DNA of 64,000 nt from Rhynchopus sp. YZ270_cl-10 (taxonomy: Eukaryota): NCBI GenBank assembly GCA_964035575.1, contig OZ037844.1, positions 310,001 through 374,000 on the forward strand, read 5' to 3'. Shown here piece by piece: positions 58,803 through 64,000 of the stretch. A program made the translations under genes and the position numbers. Position 1 is the first letter of the stretch, and every line of letters begins with the position of its first letter. The notes beneath the pieces were generated by a model. The model ran no database searches. It saw nothing but the letters and a program-made list of their open reading frames with translations, and was not told where the DNA came from.

Positions 58803-60163
58803 TCACATCAAAACCTGGCGCGTCGCGTTTGCCACTTCTTCTGCGGTCGCAGTGGGAGAAGCGATACGGGATGTCTTAAATATGTGAACGGATGAAGGGA
58901 GGTTTCGCGGGTCTGTGTGCAGTGCGTGCGGAAGGTGCTCCGCACCCGAGAAGTCGAGCACCGCTACGGCCCGCCAGCGACTTGCTGCACAGAGCGCCAA
59001 AAACGTTTCCATCGCTGTGCCCTCCAAAAACGCCTCATCAGCAAGAATGTACAGCACGCTATCGACCGCTTCGTACATCTCCACCGGGAGCGACGCCTTC
59101 AACAGCATGGACACAGCGCGCGACACGACGACTGCATTCAACAGCGCTACAGGAAACGTTCCAAACCACTCTTCGCAAGGTATCCCTAATGACGCCGTGA
59201 CAACCCGACCTGCCCTTTCGTGGAGCACCCACGAGGCAGGGCCTTCATAGGCAATAGAAAGCGAGAGAGTCGTTTCGTCGGTAACGGTGACGCGCATGCT
59301 GCGCCAGAAGAAGGTTTCCGAAAAATCATCCGGTCCCGCACAGTGCAGAAGAAGGCGCAGTGTCGCAGTAGATTCGCCTGAAGAGAAGCTCCGCAACGAC
59401 ACCCCACACCCACGCTCCCCACGAAAAGGCGTGCACAACTCCTGCAGCAACCCCAGCAGGTCGTCTCCTTGCGTATCAGTCGCGCCGTCTACTACGCAAA
59501 ACAGCCTCGCCACATCCTTCACACTTCTCGCCACAGCGCGAAAATGCGTGCCCCGCGCAAACACAACATACACAGAGTTCACCATATAAACGCTGGCAGT
59601 AGCGTCCTCGCGAATTTTTGCAAAATTTAACCCACCTAAAGAGAGCGCCTCCGCAAAGTCCAAGGACGCAACAGAAGCGAGGATGACAGTTGTGTTGTGG
59701 GTTCCGTTTTCGAGCATTTCCGAGACGCAGGCATCTACGTCATTGTAGCTCGCGTGGGGCAGGCAGACTACTGGGAGGAGCTCCCCTTTTGCCTGCCGCA
59801 GAAGGCCTTTCATATACGCCACTGCCCCCTCCCGGTGAGGAGAACCATGTTGTGCGGTGCTACGTCCTGGTCGTTCTGTATAAAACGACGCAGGGACGCT
59901 CGGGGAACAAAACCCGACCTCATTTTTGTCCCGAGCACAGGGTGAAACGCACAGAAAATTCGGCAGCGGGGCGGGGGATTCGACGAATGGGGTTGCCACA
60001 TGCAGCGGCGATGGTGAGAAGAAGGTCAGACGCTTCGCGGGCTCGGGGGTGGGCATCGCTGCGTGGGGGGTCGCTCTTTCCCTCCCTCCTCCTCCTCCTC
60101 CTCCTCCTCCTCCTCCTCCTCCTCCTCCTCCTCCTCCTCCTCCTCCTCCTCCTCCTCCTCCTC

Positions 60164-60194
<31 letters not shown>

Positions 60195-61436
60195 TCCCAT
60201 CCGCAACCCCGCAGGCGGCTGTATCCCTCTCCCTGCCTCTGTCGACGCATGCAGTACTGTTGAAGGAAATGGAACACTTCTTTCCCCTCCCCCTCCTCCT
60301 CCCCCCACCCGCATTGCATGAATTGTAACCCTAGGGGGTGACGTACCCACCCCCCTTTGAGGTCCATCTATTCCCGGTGCATTGTGGCATCGCATTCTGT
60401 GAACCGGGAGTGGGTCTTCTGGTTCAGGGGATGGTGCCTTGCGGGAGGTGTTTCTATGCAAATCTGAGGTCGGCCCACCGCCACCACCACCACCGCTACG
60501 ACTATTCCGTACCTTACGGTCCTCTTCCTCCGCGTGGTTTTCTGTGTTGTGCATCATCGGTAGATGGGGGGGTCCTGAGTGGCTTTCCCTTGGTCGACGT
60601 GGCGAAGGGGAGGTGCGCTCTTGCTCTTCGGGTTTTGATAGAATATCGCCTTTTTGGATTTGGTGAGGAATTGGACCTGGATATTTTATAGGGGAAGATG
60701 AAGGAGGAGGAGGAGGAGGAGGAGGAGGAGAAGTGTTGTTCTGCTTGCGCGCCCCCGGAACCACTACAGCAAGAAACACAATACGGTGGGCATCGTTCGA
60801 TTCGCCTTCAAAAGTGAGCTTCAAAAATGCCTTCAATAAATACCTATCTAATACAATAGTTTGTTTATGTGTTACATCCGTTGCGGTCGTTGTAGAGGCA
60901 AAGCAGTTCACCGAGGCAACGTCTCGCAGTGTGTTTGGTGTATTCCCGGTCGCGATTTTGCAGCGTTTTATGGTCGGTATTGTGTTGTCGGTGAAGATGT
61001 GTACACTAACGTCGCCCCGGGTGAACGGTAAAAACCGCTTTGCGACAGAAAGAAGACACACCGCAGACCCGGGGGCGCTCCACACACCACCCACCCCATT
61101 TACGTTCTGTTCCGACAGAGCACGCTGCTGCACGACATCTTTACACCCTACACCGTTATGGGACACTATGCTTTGCACCACGCTTACTCCATTAACCTGC
61201 TTTTTGAAGGTTCCCAATGGGAACTGTGAGACCAGAGGAAGAGCTGAAGGCGGCGACTTCGACCTCGATTGAGACCGTGGTGAACCAGAAAAACCGACAC
61301 GTCGTGAGGCGGCAGGGCGGTGCTTACGTTCCTCCCTGGTGTGGTGGGGCCTTGCATTACCTCCACGCGGCCCAGCTGGCTGCAGGCTAGAGAGAATGCC
61401 GTCAACCTCATCCAACCCTACAAAGGCAAATGACAT
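58803..61436 (-). CDS. Hypothetical protein (about 877 aa) with poly-Pro and long poly-Gly linkers between two globular regions
   Basis: Long open frame; the first ATG (MSFAFVG) follows a pyrimidine-rich leader. A (GGA)n tract lies at about 60083-60197. Confidence 0.8.
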
Positions 61437-61759
61437 TTTTTTGAAAAAGAACCTCCCCTGTTCAGATCTGACGAAGTTTTTATGTTGTATTGGTGAGAGG
61501 AGAAGAGGAGGGGAGGAGGAGGAGGAAGGAGAAAAGAAAACCAAACATCTTCGAAAGATGAAGAGGAAGAATGAATATGACAAAAAAAAACCACGACATC
61601 CGCCCTTTTTTTTGCACAATCAAAACAAAAAGATTTAAATATCATACCTGCGCCTCTCGGGGACACAACGTAACACCATAACACTAACAAAAACACAAAA
61701 GAAAAACGCCAACCCCCTGTAAAGGAAGTCACATGCACTTTTCTCCATCCCCCCCCATT

Positions 61760-62866
61760 TCAGCTCTCCCAATACGCGGTCGGGAGGTGCCGTCGTGGTG
61801 TGTGCCCTGCCCCTTTAAGAGTGCCCCCTTGTGCCCAGAGGCCTTGCATGGTGGCACTGCTACACCGTGCCACTGTGGTGACGGCTGATGAGGGACGACA
61901 AGCGAGGACGGGGGGGAGCTGGCGGCGGACGGAACCACCGGAGGCGGGCCGCTTGCGCCCTCCTCCTCCCCCTCCTGGTGGTACTGTTGAGTATCGTGGC
62001 GCGAAACAGTCCTGCGTCGGGTGCATGGAGGAGTTCCACTCCCGGTGTTGTGCACAAAGACGACGCTGTTCTCGTAGGGCCTCTTCTCGCTGCGCAGCCC
62101 ACAGCTTGCTGCGCTGCCAGAACCCTGCCCCTTTTGATACCATTTGCGGTTGACGCAGTGCTATTTGCCCCTTACGTTTCCTTTGTTGTGCTTTAAATTC
62201 TTTCAAATCTTGCGCACGAAGCTCTGCAAGCGTATACCTCCTTCGCCTTGCTTGAACAGGAATTTCTGCCTCACTTTCATAATAGACTTCTTCAGAGATG
62301 TGACTTTGTATCAAACTCGCGGAGCTCTTTCGCGACACAACAGTATTTCTTCGCTCCAACGTTGGCTCCGAAAGTGTTTCTTCAGTTTCAGTTGAAGGCA
62401 CGATATCGGTGGTGGACGACACATCATCAGAGCTTGCTTCTGAGCGGAAAAGATTGTTGAATTCTGCACTGCTAATCACTCCGGGGTCGGCGGTATGGAG
62501 GGTAGAGAGAAAATCGGGGGAAAGCTCAAAATCGCACACTGTTTTGCGTAGTCGTTCCGTCCTTACACCTGAGGTTCCCTCCGCACACAGCGCCGCAAAC
62601 GCGGACGCAGTATTCGAGAGTGAATGCGCGACAACGTAACGCTCCTTGAGACACCCCATCACACCCAAACACTGCTCCAACGTCAGGCAGTGCCCCGTAC
62701 GGTACCCAGCGTTTTCCAGAAGCTCTGCTAAGTCCGGGTCCGTCGGCGGCTGTGCACAAGCCTCATGTACCAACCGCCGAATCGACGAAAAATCACGCAA
62801 CCCACCACTCCCATCATATTTCTCCTTCAATCGAAATACGTCCGACGCTGTTAAAAGAACGGACAT
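61760..62866 (-). CDS. Degenerate EF-hand (calmodulin-like) N-terminal domain protein, 368 aa
   Basis: Helix-loop-helix-like segments YDGSGGLRD, LTLEQCLGVM and DPGVISSAEFNNLF. A CT tract precedes the ATG. Confidence 0.65.
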   Translation of the reverse strand: MSVLLTASDVFRLKEKYDGSGGLRDFSSIRRLVHEACAQPPTDPDLAELLENAGYRTGHCLTLEQCLGVMGCLKERYVVAHSLSNTASAFAALCAEGTSGVRTERLRKTVCDFELSPDFLSTLHTADPGVISSAEFNNLFRSEASSDDVSSTTDIVPSTETEETLSEPTLERRNTVVSRKSSASLIQSHISEEVYYESEAEIPVQARRRRYTLAELRAQDLKEFKAQQRKRKGQIALRQPQMVSKGAGFWQRSKLWAAQREEALREQRRLCAQHREWNSSMHPTQDCFAPRYSTVPPGGGGGGRKRPASGGSVRRQLPPVLACRPSSAVTTVARCSSATMQGLWAQGGTLKGAGHTPRRHLPTAYWES

Positions 62867-64000
62867 CAGAGAGAGAGAGGTAAGGGGAAGGCTGTAAAGG
62901 GAGAGTATGCTTGAGGAAGGTTAAGGGATTTGGAAGGGAGTTGATTAAAAGTTTGTAAAACGAAAAATTGGTTGGTTCTCTGTATTGCTCTGGCTCTTGT
63001 TTTTTTTTGCCGAAAAAAGCATTTTAGATGTTAACTGCAAAAGATTGGATTGGATTTGGAAGGGAGTTGGGAAAAAAATAGGAGTGGGGATTGGTATACT
63101 ATTCTTTTTGTTGGATCTCCAAAAAAAGAAACTTTTTTTTTTGTAAAAAAAAACAGGGGGGAAAACTAAAAAATTGCCGTTTTTTTTGTCCAAATTTACT
63201 GCTTTTTTGGGGGGTTTTTTTATACGTTCATTTTTTTTTATACGTTTTTATTCGTTTCACTTTTATTTTGAAAAAATTTTGTTGGAAATAGTGTAGTTGC
63301 CTCGGTTGTGTTGCCACAGTTGGTGCAATCTCCACTGTATGTATTTTTCTTTGGTTGGGCCAGAATAGTGTTAGGAAGTTGTAAGTGCAAACGCCTCACC
63401 GTACACCAGACGCAGGCACTAGGGGGGAAAAAAAGAAAAGTTTTGTAAGATGATCCTAAGCCTCTCGTGCTTGATCACCTTAAATAAGACACGGTTGGAG
63501 AATGAGTGACCAATATATTGTGAAGAATGCTTCGTATTCACACTGTTTCGCCATCGTTGCTGTCTTTATTCTGCACAACGATCGCTTCTATGCAATTGAT
63601 GGTAAAACCATCATCTTTCCTCCAAAAAAAAATAATCAAAACACTTACACCTAAGGGCTTTTAGTGGATATAGCTTAGCTCTCCCCGAACACAAAACGGG
63701 GACACATTTTACAAGAAAACCAACACCCTCATCAGGGAATGGCAGAGAACGAGCCATAGAAGCTCGATGACTTAACAACACACCTCCATGCCTAGGGCCT
63801 TCCCTCCCAACTCCCGCTGCGCCCACACGGTAAAAAATGACCAAATTTCTCACAACCAATTAAAAACCAAAAAATGGCATCGTAGACAATGTTATTTTTT
63901 TTCGAAAAAGATAATAAAACGGAGACAAAAAATAAAACGGTAGAGGGATCCCAAGCCTCACCGAACTTAGTCACATAAAAAAGAGGTTGAAAAGTGCTCA

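Overview
Eukaryotic, transposon-dense window. It is probably from a euglenozoan such as a diplonemid; this is inferred from all host genes lying on the minus strand, one canonical GT-AG intron, and ubiquitin-like+LRR and ankyrin gene expansions. 1-12.4 kb is a nested pile of non-autonomous inverted-repeat DNA elements. It includes a head-to-tail train of GG-terminated elements joined at TA dinucleotides in poly-G tracts, CAC..GTG elements with 2-bp target-site duplications (TSDs), and a decayed tyrosine-recombinase (Crypton-like) gene. 15-27 kb holds four tandem paralogues of a type I membrane protein with patchy ectodomain divergence, plus a Ubl-LRR gene. 28-32 kb holds a spliced coiled-coil gene and an intact DD37E Tc1/mariner element. 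35-44 kb holds a near-intact non-LTR retrotransposon (APE-RT-RNase H-CCHC). Its ORF1 and ORF2 are in frame across a single UGA-CUG, followed by a hydrophobic segment and a 2A-like motif. 45-63 kb holds an SSU rRNA-like fragment, four tandem ankyrin-repeat genes (one chimeric) and three single-copy genes. All family assignments come from motif recognition by eye; no database searches were run.
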